A stretch of 64,000 nucleotides of DNA from an uncultured Pseudomonadota bacterium (GCA_963836235.1 CAWIIP010000002.1:1120001-1184000), one strand, 5' to 3'; counted from the first letter of the stretch, positions 41,739 to 50,533 are shown. Made by a program: numbers and translations. The notes: generated from the sequence alone by a model not told the origin.

Positions 41739-41813
41739 GGGGGAATCATAACATCCGGCTCAAAAATTAATAGGGTGGGTTTTCCCCGCCTTTTTTTATT
41801 CAAAAACTTAGTT

Positions 41814-42230
41814 TTAGGGCTTGGTTCTCTTTTTCGTAATTTTTTTCGCCAGATGTTTTTTAATGGGATTCCAATAACTCTCATGCCACCCTTTGTTGAA
41901 ATGGGGAGCCTTGTGGTCCGGCACCGCCGTGTGGGTCATGGTCAAGAGGGTCCCACCGGGGGCCTTTTCAAAGGTAAGCACCAAAATCGAATCATGATCC
42001 GAGTTCTTGAATTCGGCCGTTCTCCAGGCTTGGGTGATCATCCGGCCCGGGATAATTGCCAAATTCTTCCCCCGGATATACCCGTCCCAAGCGGTAAAAG
42101 ATCCGCCCACTTTCGAGCTAACGGTGGCTTTCCCTCCCGTGGCTTCCGAGTGTTTTTTGGAATCGAGGAAGAGATTGAACAGCTCTTTCGGAGTGGCCTT
42201 AAATTTGACTTTGTGGATGATGGTTTTCAT
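41814..42230 (-). CDS. SRPBCC/AHSA1 domain protein
   Basis: 'VGGSFTAWDGYIRG', 'ITQAWR', 'GWHESYW'. Confidence 0.85.
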   Translation of the reverse strand: MKTIIHKVKFKATPKELFNLFLDSKKHSEATGGKATVSSKVGGSFTAWDGYIRGKNLAIIPGRMITQAWRTAEFKNSDHDSILVLTFEKAPGGTLLTMTHTAVPDHKAPHFNKGWHESYWNPIKKHLAKKITKKRTKP

Positions 42231-42314
42231 TTTACCCCCTTAGTTTTGGACATTCTAAAGCCACAGCGGATAAATCCAATGTTAAACCCTCGAAAAGGTC
42301 CGGTGGGATATGGG

Positions 42315-42380
42315 TTGTGCCTTTAATAAATTTGGGTACAATATGGCCCCCTGACTTGGCTGGCGAAAAAAAGGTACAAT
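42315..42380 (+). promoter_or_regulatory. Two candidate tandem sigma70 promoters for the tRNA locus
   Basis: TTGTGC-N16-TACAAT (42315-42342) and CTGACT-N18-TACAAT (42351-42380). Confidence 0.5.
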
Positions 42381-42414
42381 TGGGCCGGTGGGTTCGATGG
42401 ACTCACCACAAGTT

Positions 42415-42454
42415 GGAGGGTTAGTCCTAATTGGTAAGGCAGTGGACTTGAAAT
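42415..42454 (+). tRNA. tRNA-Ser(TGA) 5' half only, broken just after the anticodon loop
   Basis: GGAGGGT-TA-GTCCTAATTGGTAAGGCA-GTGGA-CTTGAAA-T; the expected TCCAC, variable arm, T-arm and 3' acceptor strand do not follow. Confidence 0.85.
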
Positions 42455-42521
42455 TTTTACCGGGACTTTTCCGACATTTCCAAAAAAATTTTTAAAAATC
42501 TCGTTGCTCTCAGCGCATTCT

Positions 42522-42564
42522 AAAAGCCTTTGCCTGTAATGATCTTACAGCAAGGGCTTTTTTT
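42522..42564 (+). terminator. Intrinsic terminator downstream of the tRNA half
   Basis: aaaagcctttgcctgtaa-tgatc-ttacagcaagggcttttttt. Confidence 0.7.
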
Positions 42565-42569
42565 GTGGG

Positions 42570-42639
42570 TGACGGTCAAGTTTCCTACCTGACGGTCGAG
42601 AACCTCAAATGACGGTCATGAATGACACGGGAATGACAC
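42570..42639. repeat. Arm-type binding-site-like direct repeats
   Basis: TGACGGTC at 42570, 42590, 42610 (20-bp period); GAATGACAC at 42620 and 42631. Confidence 0.75.
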
Positions 42640-42931
42640 AGGGCGTTTTTGAAATTTTCTTGTGGTCCCCTTTCCCGCTTAACTACCACGGGCAGTGAAA
42701 GGCAATGGACAACTGTGAAGTGCCTCTTCGCGAGGCCGGACCCTTCCGGTGTGACATGGATATGACACGGAGTGCATCGGAGTTAGTTTTCAAAACCTTC
42801 TTGTGTTCATCTGTTCTCTTTAGCTACTACTCGTAGCGGGAGGCAGTGGACAATTGTGAAATGCCCTTCTCCCCTTTCGAATCGGGCCTTTTCCAACCAG
42901 CCGAGTTTAATTTGATGCTAAAATGTGTAGC

Positions 42932-43690
42932 ATGGCTACACAAAACAAAAGCAAATTGAACCGAATCTTTACGGAATGGCCCCACGGCGCGGTCATTACC
43001 CTTAAATGGTTGTCCCAAAGGGGCGTAAGCCGGTTTTTGGCCCGGACCTATGTGAAGGGCGGTTGGATAAAATCCATGGGGGCGGGAGTTTTCTTCAAGG
43101 CCGGAACCAAACCCCTTTGGTCCGACGGGCTCCATGCCATCCAGAATCAACTCAAACTTCCAATTCATGCCGGGGGCGAGACCGCTCTCTCGTGGAATGG
43201 TTACGGCCATACCGCTTCCATGGGTTCCTTGCCACCCGCCTACCTATTTGGCCCACAGGGAATAAAATTGCCCTCCTGGTTTCTCCAACACGATTGGGGG
43301 AATAAGATCCAATACCAAACCACGGATTTTTTGCCCTACAAAAAGGAATTCGGCTTTACACAGGATAGGCAAACCGGTATAACCCTGTCCTCTCCTGAAA
43401 GAGCCATGCTTGAAACCCTCTTGTTAATGCCCCAACGCATAACTTTTGAAGGCGCGGCCCATTTGATGGAAGGCCTATCCACTTTGAGACCGGATTTGAC
43501 GGCGCGCCTCCTAAGAGCTTGCCGATCCGTCAAAGTGAAGCGTTGTTTTCTCTATTTAGCCGAACAAATAAACCACACATGGTTCCATCGTCTCGACCTT
43601 TCCAAGGTGGACTTGGGCAAGGGAAAAAGGGTTGTGGTCCCAGGCGGCGAGTTTGACCGAAATTACCAAATCACAGTTCATCCCTGGTGA
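42932..43690 (+). CDS. Type IV TA AbiEi-family antitoxin (AbiEi_3-like), orphan
   Basis: 'SKLN....WPHG', 'HAGGETAL', 'SSPERAMLE', 'CRSVKVKRCFLYLA', 'DLGKGKR'. Confidence 0.85.
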   Translation: MATQNKSKLNRIFTEWPHGAVITLKWLSQRGVSRFLARTYVKGGWIKSMGAGVFFKAGTKPLWSDGLHAIQNQLKLPIHAGGETALSWNGYGHTASMGSLPPAYLFGPQGIKLPSWFLQHDWGNKIQYQTTDFLPYKKEFGFTQDRQTGITLSSPERAMLETLLLMPQRITFEGAAHLMEGLSTLRPDLTARLLRACRSVKVKRCFLYLAEQINHTWFHRLDLSKVDLGKGKRVVVPGGEFDRNYQITVHPW

Positions 43691-43703
43691 TCCATTCCGC
43701 TTG

Positions 43704-43735
43704 TTGTAAGAAAAATCACTACGTTTTTCTTACAA
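43704..43735. terminator. Perfect 12-bp inverted repeat between convergent genes
   Basis: ttgtaagaaaaa-N8-tttttcttacaa; terminator or operator relic. Confidence 0.45.
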
Positions 43736-43769
43736 TTGGGCTCATCAATTTATTAAATCATTTACGGCT

Positions 43770-46097
43770 TTAACCCATCATCCCCAATGATCGATAGGTC
43801 TTTTGCCTACGCCAGGCCATTTTCTTGAGGACCGGCACAAAATCATCCAAGTAGTCATAGACCACGGCGTTCTTCTTGCCTTCATAAGTTCGCTGAACCC
43901 TACCCAAATATTGGATAAGCTTTCCTTTGAAGGAAATGGGGAAAGCCAGGAATAGGGTATCCAGTTTGGGGCAGTCAAAACCTTCCCCAAGATATTGGCC
44001 GGTGGCCACCAGCAGGATTTCGGCGTCGGGGGTCGCTTCCATAACCTCTTGGAACACCGCCGCCCTTTCCTTTTTTCCCATGCCACCGGTTAAAAGCTTG
44101 GGTGATTTCCCCGCTTCCCTCAGCAGTTCAACCAACCTATGGCAATGCTCTTTCCGTTGGCTCAACACCAAACATTTCCGCCCTTCCGAGAGGGCTTGCG
44201 CCACATCCTCGACGACCATCCTGTCTCGGTCCTCATCCTGGGCTAAGGCCCGGAAAATCTCCTGGATGGAAAATTCTTCGCCAGCTTGCTCAAAACGGAA
44301 GTTGGTGGGCCGGATTTTAAGCGTGGTTTCCAAGCCCTCTTTGTCTTCGGCCATTCGGTAACGGAGCGGGCCGCATTGCATGAAGATCAAGTCCTGAAGC
44401 CCGTCCCGGCGGATGGGCGTGGCGGTCAACCCCAAGATATACCGGGCCGGGGCCTGTTTGATGTACTGCTCAAATGATACGGCGGGCAAAACATGACACT
44501 CGTCCACCAGGATGAAACCGTACCGGGAAAAGAATTCCCTCAAATCCTCCATCCGCTTGAGGCTCTGGATCATGGCTAAGTCCACGATGCCAGTAGAACG
44601 TTTCCTACCGCCGCCAACTTGGCCGATTTGCTTGGACTTCAATCCCAACATCTTTTTCAATTGGGCACGCCATTGGTCCAGGATCGGCTTACGGTGGGAA
44701 AGGATAAGGGTTGGTAGGTTGCGCCGGGCGACGGCGTAACAACCCATCACCGTCTTCCCTGCTCCCGGCGGGGCCACAAGAACCCCGCTTTCATACTGCA
44801 ACACCACTTTTATGGCCTTCTCTTGGTTCGCGGTTAATTCCCCTTGAAACTTAAATTTCAGGGGATCATGAGCCAACCGGGTGTCGGTTATTTCCACGTA
44901 GCTTCCAGCCTCTTCCAATATTTTTTTCAAATCCTCCAAGGTGCCACGGGGGAAGTGGAGATAGGCGGCGTCCTCTCCGTAACAGCGGATGAATCTCGGA
45001 ATCCCATAAGTGGAAAATCTCATGTTCTGGCGCTCATAGAAAACCGGGTTGTGCAGGGAAGCCAGGTGCTTAATCTGGGATAAAAGCCAAGGAGGCAATC
45101 CCGATTTTTCGACACTGACGGAAGCATCCAAGACACACCGAACCAATGCCGGAGCCGGGTATTTTTTCTTGAGGGCGGGCGAAACGGCTTTAGCCACCGT
45201 TTGAGGGCCGACTTCGATAGGCGGAATCTTTTCAAGTAACACGGACAACTGACCGGGGCTCAACCGTCGTACCGAGCTTAGGAAAGCCCATTGGTCGGGA
45301 TAGGGCTTCATCTCCGGGTCCGCTTGGTCCAAGAATTCGGTGCACCCCAATTCCCGTCGTTGCTTTTGAAGGGGCAGGGCGATCAAGTTTCCAAAACCGC
45401 CCCTTGGCATGAAGTCCTGGTTGGGGAAGAAGCGGTCATAGCTGGCTAAATCCACCTCGGCTCTTTTTTCCATGGTGTCCCGCAAGAGCCGTAAGCCCAA
45501 CTGTCGGGCGGATACGGCTTGGACGGGGGCCAAAAAGAATACCCAGGCGTGGCCGCCGTTCCCCGACCTGGATTTTTCAAGGTAGGCTGGAATGCCGTAG
45601 GAAGCGCAAGATTGCAGGTAGGCCAAAGCATCCAATTCCCAACCGGCCTTGTCGAAGTCGCAAGCCAAGAACCAGCAGGTGTTGTCTTTGAGGAGGGGAT
45701 AAACACCGATGGTCTTCTTGCCGGATAAATGATCCTGGACCACTTGATCGGTTAAGGGCAGGTACTTCTTAGGCTTTCCCTTTCCCACCCATGGATTTTC
45801 GCAAGCCGGGGAATAACCCTTTTTGCCGGTTGTCTGGTTCATCCACAATGCCGGATACACATCCTCCCGGCCCTTAAAGAGGATTCGGAAGAGGTTTATC
45901 TTCTCCTGGCTGGAAGAATGGGAATCCACCTTGGGCAGTGGTTCCGATTCCAAAGGCGGCGGCAAAGGTGCTTCCAGGGAATAATCGGCGGAGACTTCGT
46001 GAGCGGCGACGTCCGGCAGCCCTAATCGTCTTTTCAGTTCCGCGTTCTCAAGCGTTAACCGCTTGATTTCCTTAAGGGCATCTTCCAATTCAGACAT
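43770..46097 (-). CDS. AEP (TOTE-type primase-like) domain fused to SF2 DExH helicase
   Basis: 'FLACDFD', 'EKSRSGNGGHAW', 'GNLIALPL'; helicase 'PGAGKT', 'DECH', 'LTATP', 'GEGFD', 'QYLGRVQR'. Confidence 0.85.
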   Translation of the reverse strand: MSELEDALKEIKRLTLENAELKRRLGLPDVAAHEVSADYSLEAPLPPPLESEPLPKVDSHSSSQEKINLFRILFKGREDVYPALWMNQTTGKKGYSPACENPWVGKGKPKKYLPLTDQVVQDHLSGKKTIGVYPLLKDNTCWFLACDFDKAGWELDALAYLQSCASYGIPAYLEKSRSGNGGHAWVFFLAPVQAVSARQLGLRLLRDTMEKRAEVDLASYDRFFPNQDFMPRGGFGNLIALPLQKQRRELGCTEFLDQADPEMKPYPDQWAFLSSVRRLSPGQLSVLLEKIPPIEVGPQTVAKAVSPALKKKYPAPALVRCVLDASVSVEKSGLPPWLLSQIKHLASLHNPVFYERQNMRFSTYGIPRFIRCYGEDAAYLHFPRGTLEDLKKILEEAGSYVEITDTRLAHDPLKFKFQGELTANQEKAIKVVLQYESGVLVAPPGAGKTVMGCYAVARRNLPTLILSHRKPILDQWRAQLKKMLGLKSKQIGQVGGGRKRSTGIVDLAMIQSLKRMEDLREFFSRYGFILVDECHVLPAVSFEQYIKQAPARYILGLTATPIRRDGLQDLIFMQCGPLRYRMAEDKEGLETTLKIRPTNFRFEQAGEEFSIQEIFRALAQDEDRDRMVVEDVAQALSEGRKCLVLSQRKEHCHRLVELLREAGKSPKLLTGGMGKKERAAVFQEVMEATPDAEILLVATGQYLGEGFDCPKLDTLFLAFPISFKGKLIQYLGRVQRTYEGKKNAVVYDYLDDFVPVLKKMAWRRQKTYRSLGMMG

Positions 46098-46129
46098 TGG
46101 CCCCCCCCTTGGAGAAGTCACGGGAGGGA

Positions 46130-47350
46130 TTACGCGAAGTAGTTGAGCGCCTCGGCGGCCCCCGCCACAAGCACTTCCCCGTTTTCGAGTTTGTGTTTTT
46201 GCCAAACGGAGCGGTTAATGATTTGAAGCCCCCTTTTACAGGGCAAGGCCGCCAAAAAGCGGGACCAGTTTGGGGAAGGCTCGGTGTCGGAACTTTTAAC
46301 TTCCACCGGCAACCAGGGAACTCCATCCCGGACGATCAAAAAGTCAATTTCATGTTTTTGCTTGTCCCTTAGGAAAAACAGGTCAAAAACACCCTCGCCG
46401 GTATCCGTCCAGTAATTGCAAGTTTTCAAAAGGTGGCAGGCCACTAAATTTTCAAATTTGGCCGATTTATCCGGGATGAAGGAATAATCCCACAAATAAA
46501 TTTTTCCTTCCTTCCGAAGCGAACGGGGGATACTCCTCGTATAGGGCTTAATCTCAAAGAGGTAGTAAAGTTCCTTAAGATAAGACAGCCATCTTTTTGT
46601 CGTCGGTATGCTTGTTTCAAGGTCGCGTCCCAAGGAAGCCAAGCTCATCAGGGACCCAATTTTTTCCGGGAGCATCGCCGTCATCATCTCGATACGGCCC
46701 AATTCCGGCAGGTGGGAAAGATCCCGCAAGTCCTCCCTTATTACCAATTGTTCCCGGTTGTGGTGCCAAATAAGGGCTTTGTTCCGGTCCTGGGCCAATA
46801 GCGGTTCCGGGAACGGGCCGTAGGCCATTAAGGATTCCAAACGCTTCTGAACGGCCTTATTGGATCCATCCTCCCTCCCGAAAAGGGAAGACAATAATTT
46901 GTCCGGGGAAAGGACGTCCGGCCTTTCCATTTCCCTCACTGTGAATGGATGAATCCGAAAATTCAAATGACGCCCTAATAAGCTGTCGCTTCCTTTCCTG
47001 TAGACGTTCAACCTGGCGCTTCCGGTGACGAGGAAGTCGCAGGGTTTTTCGAGCGTGTCATAAACGCCTTTGAGATTGCGTTTCCAACGCCGGTCCTTAT
47101 GAATTTCATCAAGGACCACCAAGGGAATTTCCTTCCCCTTTCCCTGGGGGATAAGTGAAGACGGATTCATGGCCCAGGTACGGCGGAAAGCGATATCGTC
47201 CCAATTCTTGTAAAGCCCCGTGGCCCTTTTTTGAAGGAACATTTTCGCCAAAGTCGTTTTACCGCATTGGCGCGGTCCCGAGAGGAACGCGATCTTGTGC
47301 CCCGAAAAGGCGTACTTTTCTATTGCATGCGCGACAGACCTGTTTTTCAT
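46130..47350 (-). CDS. AAA+ ATPase with DUF4143-like C-terminal domain
   Basis: 'GPRQCGKTT', 'LDEIHK', 'VTGS', 'LLGR', 'FENLV', 'EIDF', 'VEVK'. Confidence 0.9.
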   Translation of the reverse strand: MKNRSVAHAIEKYAFSGHKIAFLSGPRQCGKTTLAKMFLQKRATGLYKNWDDIAFRRTWAMNPSSLIPQGKGKEIPLVVLDEIHKDRRWKRNLKGVYDTLEKPCDFLVTGSARLNVYRKGSDSLLGRHLNFRIHPFTVREMERPDVLSPDKLLSSLFGREDGSNKAVQKRLESLMAYGPFPEPLLAQDRNKALIWHHNREQLVIREDLRDLSHLPELGRIEMMTAMLPEKIGSLMSLASLGRDLETSIPTTKRWLSYLKELYYLFEIKPYTRSIPRSLRKEGKIYLWDYSFIPDKSAKFENLVACHLLKTCNYWTDTGEGVFDLFFLRDKQKHEIDFLIVRDGVPWLPVEVKSSDTEPSPNWSRFLAALPCKRGLQIINRSVWQKHKLENGEVLVAGAAEALNYFA

Positions 47351-47352
47351 GA

Positions 47353-47456
47353 TGACCATTATAACGTCTGACGTTAGTTTGGTCAAAAACCCCTTTTTCA
47401 GGGGTGACCTTCATGTAAGTTCGACCAAACTACGGACACTCCGCAGTATGGTCGAA
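47353..47456 (-). promoter_or_regulatory. Sigma70 promoter with two GACCA-N21-TGGTC palindromes
   Basis: Minus strand TTGACC(47386-47381)-N17-TATAAT(47363-47358), 7 nt before ATG 47350; palindromes 47353-47385 and 47420-47456. Confidence 0.75.
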
Positions 47457-47482
47457 AGCCTTATGAGAAAAGGGAGAGTAAT

Positions 47483-47656
47483 ATGAACAAGGGAAAGAAA
47501 GACAAGGATTTGAAGGAATTCGGGGCAAGCCTTCGTGAAGGCCTTAAATATGCGCGTGGGAAGAAGGCCAAAGTGAAGACTGAATCAATAGGTCTTTTGC
47601 CTACGCCAAGCCATTTTTTTGAGGCCAGGCACAAAGTCATCCAAGTAGTCATATAA
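47483..47656 (+). pseudogene. Truncated antitoxin-like 5' fragment fused to a duplicated piece of the helicase 3' end
   Basis: MNKGKKDKDLKEFGASLREGLKYARGKKAKVKT then sequence matching 43790-43859. Confidence 0.5.
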
Positions 47657-47770
47657 AATCTTAACTTTTCGTCTCTGGCAGGAAATATTTCCTAAAAACC
47701 TATATTTTCCTGAACAAGAAATCATGGTTAAACAGGAAATAACCAGCAATTTGGTTTAATAATCAACACT

Positions 47771-47829
47771 TGTAACATAAATAATGAACTGTAACACATA
47801 ATATGTTACAGTTCGTAAGTTGTGTTACA
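47771..47829. promoter_or_regulatory. Symmetric four-box operator (TGTAACA x2 / TGTTACA x2)
   Basis: gaactgtaaca-N7-tgttacagttc (47786-47814) plus outer boxes at 47771-47777 and 47823-47829, all centred on 47800. Confidence 0.75.
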
Positions 47830-47843
47830 TTTACGAGGGCTAA

Positions 47844-48833
47844 ATGCTTGTTCAAGACTTTAAAGATTACCTACAGGAAACCCTGGGTATCCAAACTCAA
47901 CCCATGCCCTGGAACAATGCCAAGGCTTTGCCTTTTCTATTACTGGACCGATACGAATTTTTCGATGTCTCCCTCCTAAAAACCCATTGTCTCTTGATGA
48001 CCCCAAAAGGTGATGAGGAAGTAACTTCCACCGTTATCCGTAAGCATTTGGAAATGGCGAAGGAAAAATGGACGAAAGACGTCATCTACGTTTCAAAAAG
48101 TTTATCTCCCATTAACCGCAAACGGCTTATCGAACATAAGGTTCCCTTTGTCGTACCGGGCAATCAACTTTACTTGCCCAATATGGGCATGGACCTTAGA
48201 GAACATTTTAAAAAAAACCACTCGGCCCCGGAAACCTATAGCCCCGCCACCCAAGTAATCGTGTTAGACGCCCTTGTCCATGGTTATAAGGAGCCTTTGA
48301 ATGTCCGCAAACTGGCAAAGAAATTAGAGTATTCCCCTATGACCCTTACCCGTGCCTTAAATGAAATTGAGAAGACGGGTGTAGGAACAGTCCAGATTAT
48401 AGGGCGGGAAAGAAAATTGAAATTCGACCTATCCAAAAGGGCTTTATGGGAAAAAGCGCTAAAATACCTTCAAACCCCAGTCAAAAGCCGGAACCTGATT
48501 TATGACAAAAATTACAAACCAGGATCTGAAAAAATCAAAGCCGGGTTGTATGCCTTGGCTCAATATTCAAACTTAGCTGAATCGAAAGAAAAGATTTATG
48601 CCCTAAGTTCGGGCCAGTACAATTCCCTCAAAAATAAAAATGAATTGTTAAATTCAAATGATGAATCCGCGCCAATGACCTGGTTGGAAATTTGGAGCTA
48701 TGATCCTAAACGCTTGTCTCAAGATGGCCTTGCGGACCCTTTCTCGCTTTATTTAAGCTTGCGAAGCGAAGGAGAAATCGATGAGCGAGTACATTCCGCG
48801 CTAGAACAAATGATGGAGAACCATGCATGGTAA
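47844..48833 (+). CDS. wHTH-containing AbiEi-like regulator/antitoxin
   Basis: 'RKRLIE.KVPFVVPGNQLYLP', HTH 'LAKKLEYSPMTLTRALNE', 'EIWSYDP', 'DPFSLYLSL...DERV'. Confidence 0.7.
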   Translation: MLVQDFKDYLQETLGIQTQPMPWNNAKALPFLLLDRYEFFDVSLLKTHCLLMTPKGDEEVTSTVIRKHLEMAKEKWTKDVIYVSKSLSPINRKRLIEHKVPFVVPGNQLYLPNMGMDLREHFKKNHSAPETYSPATQVIVLDALVHGYKEPLNVRKLAKKLEYSPMTLTRALNEIEKTGVGTVQIIGRERKLKFDLSKRALWEKALKYLQTPVKSRNLIYDKNYKPGSEKIKAGLYALAQYSNLAESKEKIYALSSGQYNSLKNKNELLNSNDESAPMTWLEIWSYDPKRLSQDGLADPFSLYLSLRSEGEIDERVHSALEQMMENHAW

Positions 48834-49582
48834 GAGGTCTGGATCTTTTTAAAGCGCATTTCCAGGAACATACAAATTCATTTGTCGTTATCGGAGGAAC
48901 CGCATGTTCCATCCTTCTGGAAAATGCCGGTTTAACCGCAAGGGCCACGGATGACATTGATATGGTGCTGTATGTCGAACGGCCAAACCCGGTTTTCGGA
49001 AATGCTTTTTGGGATTTCATAAAAAAAGGAAATTACGAAACATGGCAAAACAGCCCCGAGAGGAAAAACTTTTTTCGATTTTTAAAACCAATGGATTCGA
49101 AATTCCCCGAAAAAATTGAACTCCTTTCTTCGAAACCAGAAGGAATTGAACTACGTGAAAGTAGCCGTTTTACCCCCATTCCTTTTGAAGATGAGGCTTC
49201 GAGTCTTTCGGCAATATTGATGGACGATGATTACTATCAATTTCTTCAAAAAGGCCACAAAGTTATCCAAGGCCTTCCTGTGATTGGGGCCGAACAACTT
49301 ATTCCTTTAAAAGCCAAGGCCTTCTTGGATTTGACACAGCGAAAAGAACAAGGAATAAAAATAAATAGCGATGACATTAAAAAACACAAAACAGATGTAT
49401 TCCGGCTTTACCAATTATTAGCCCCGGCAGATCGCCTAGAACTTCCGGCTTCTATTAAAGCGGACATGAATCAGTTCTTACAAACTGTCAGGAAAGAGCC
49501 CTTCGATTTAAAAAATCTGAAAATTCAAACTGTTACTTTTGAAGAGGTATCGGATAATTTAAAGACCATCTACAGCCTTTAA
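48827..49582 (+). CDS. AbiEii-like nucleotidyltransferase
   Basis: 'IGGTAC', 'RATDDIDMV', 'LIPLKAKA', 'KHKTDV'; overlaps upstream regulator. Confidence 0.75.
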   Translation: MVRGLDLFKAHFQEHTNSFVVIGGTACSILLENAGLTARATDDIDMVLYVERPNPVFGNAFWDFIKKGNYETWQNSPERKNFFRFLKPMDSKFPEKIELLSSKPEGIELRESSRFTPIPFEDEASSLSAILMDDDYYQFLQKGHKVIQGLPVIGAEQLIPLKAKAFLDLTQRKEQGIKINSDDIKKHKTDVFRLYQLLAPADRLELPASIKADMNQFLQTVRKEPFDLKNLKIQTVTFEEVSDNLKTIYSL

Positions 49583-49599
49583 GGAGAAAAACCTTTCCA

Positions 49600-49732
49600 C
49601 TGGCCTCGGTCACCTTTGGAGATCCTCTAGACACCCCCTTCCCCTGAGGAGTTGCCACAAGCCCCTTTAAAACCCTAATGGAAGAAATGGCCGAAAGTTG
49701 AGCATTAATAATTTATAATTGGGCCAAATATT
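49600..49732 (+). repeat. Intergenic cassette repeat, copy 1
   Basis: ctggcctcggtcacctttggagatcctc...atggaagaaatggccgaaagttgagcattaataatttataattg. Confidence 0.85.
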
Positions 49733-49750
49733 GCACTTTAACTTAAGGAA

Positions 49751-50533
49751 ATGCTAATGGTTGATTTTGAAGCAAAGAGCTTAATTGAATATCTTTACAA
49801 CGTAAATTTAATTGAGAAAGAATATGGAATCGATAAATGGCGGCCCAAAATGGATCACATATGGTTTCGAGGGGTTACCAACGCCGACAATCATCATTTA
49901 ATTCCAACAATTTATAGAGAGCCGATAGAATCGAAAAGTGAAAGAGAAATTAATAGGGATTTCAAATTACAATCGCGCCCTTTTACCAAATCTCAAGCAT
50001 TAAATGATTTGGAACTTTTATTTATTGGACGGCATCATGGGCTGCCTACAAGATTATTGGATTGGTCTGCCGGTTCATTAATAAGTCTTTACTTTGCTGT
50101 TCACGAATACAAAGAACCAACCGATGGAATGGTTTGGCTTTTACGTCCAAGGAAATTTAATAAACTCACCATCAATTTGAAATCCATCCCTTCAGAACAT
50201 GAGAATAAGAAAATATTTAATAATTATTTGAAACTACCCATTAAACAAGCACTGCCGATGGCAATCCGATCCTCGTTTATTACTGAAAGGATTATTTCTC
50301 AAAAAGGTTTTTTTACAATTCATGGTTCTGAAAATATTTCAATAGAGTCAATTCAAAAAGCTAACAAAAAAACAACTTTTCTAAAAAGCGTACGAATTCC
50401 TTTTAACAACAAAGTTGAGATTTTAAATCAACTTGCCAAGGCCGGTATTTCCCAAAGCACCTTGTTTCCAGATTTGGATGGTCTAAGTGCAGAAATTAGA
50501 GATCGATACAACAAAGAAAGAATTGTTAAATAA
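49751..50533 (+). CDS. FRG domain protein
   Basis: 'WFRG', 'RHHGLPTRLLDWS', 'RIISQKGFF', 'LFPDLDGL'. Confidence 0.92.
   Translation: MLMVDFEAKSLIEYLYNVNLIEKEYGIDKWRPKMDHIWFRGVTNADNHHLIPTIYREPIESKSEREINRDFKLQSRPFTKSQALNDLELLFIGRHHGLPTRLLDWSAGSLISLYFAVHEYKEPTDGMVWLLRPRKFNKLTINLKSIPSEHENKKIFNNYLKLPIKQALPMAIRSSFITERIISQKGFFTIHGSENISIESIQKANKKTTFLKSVRIPFNNKVEILNQLAKAGISQSTLFPDLDGLSAEIRDRYNKERIVK

Noticed and set aside
42387-42412. GGTTCGA...CACCA just upstream of the tRNA half, suggesting a permuted tRNA 3' half
   Set aside because: No T-stem pairing and no strand complementary to GGAGGGT; it forms its own small hairpin
42455-42900. Group I intron in the tRNA anticodon loop
   Set aside because: No 3' exon (TCCAC...T-arm) found nearby and no recognisable intron core; terminator and direct repeats fit an att junction better
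47679-47745. CAGGAAATA/TATTTTCCTG repeats preceded by ctctggc, as a further cassette-repeat copy
   Set aside because: Similarity to the 49600 repeat stops after about 5-7 nt; more likely an unrelated operator relic
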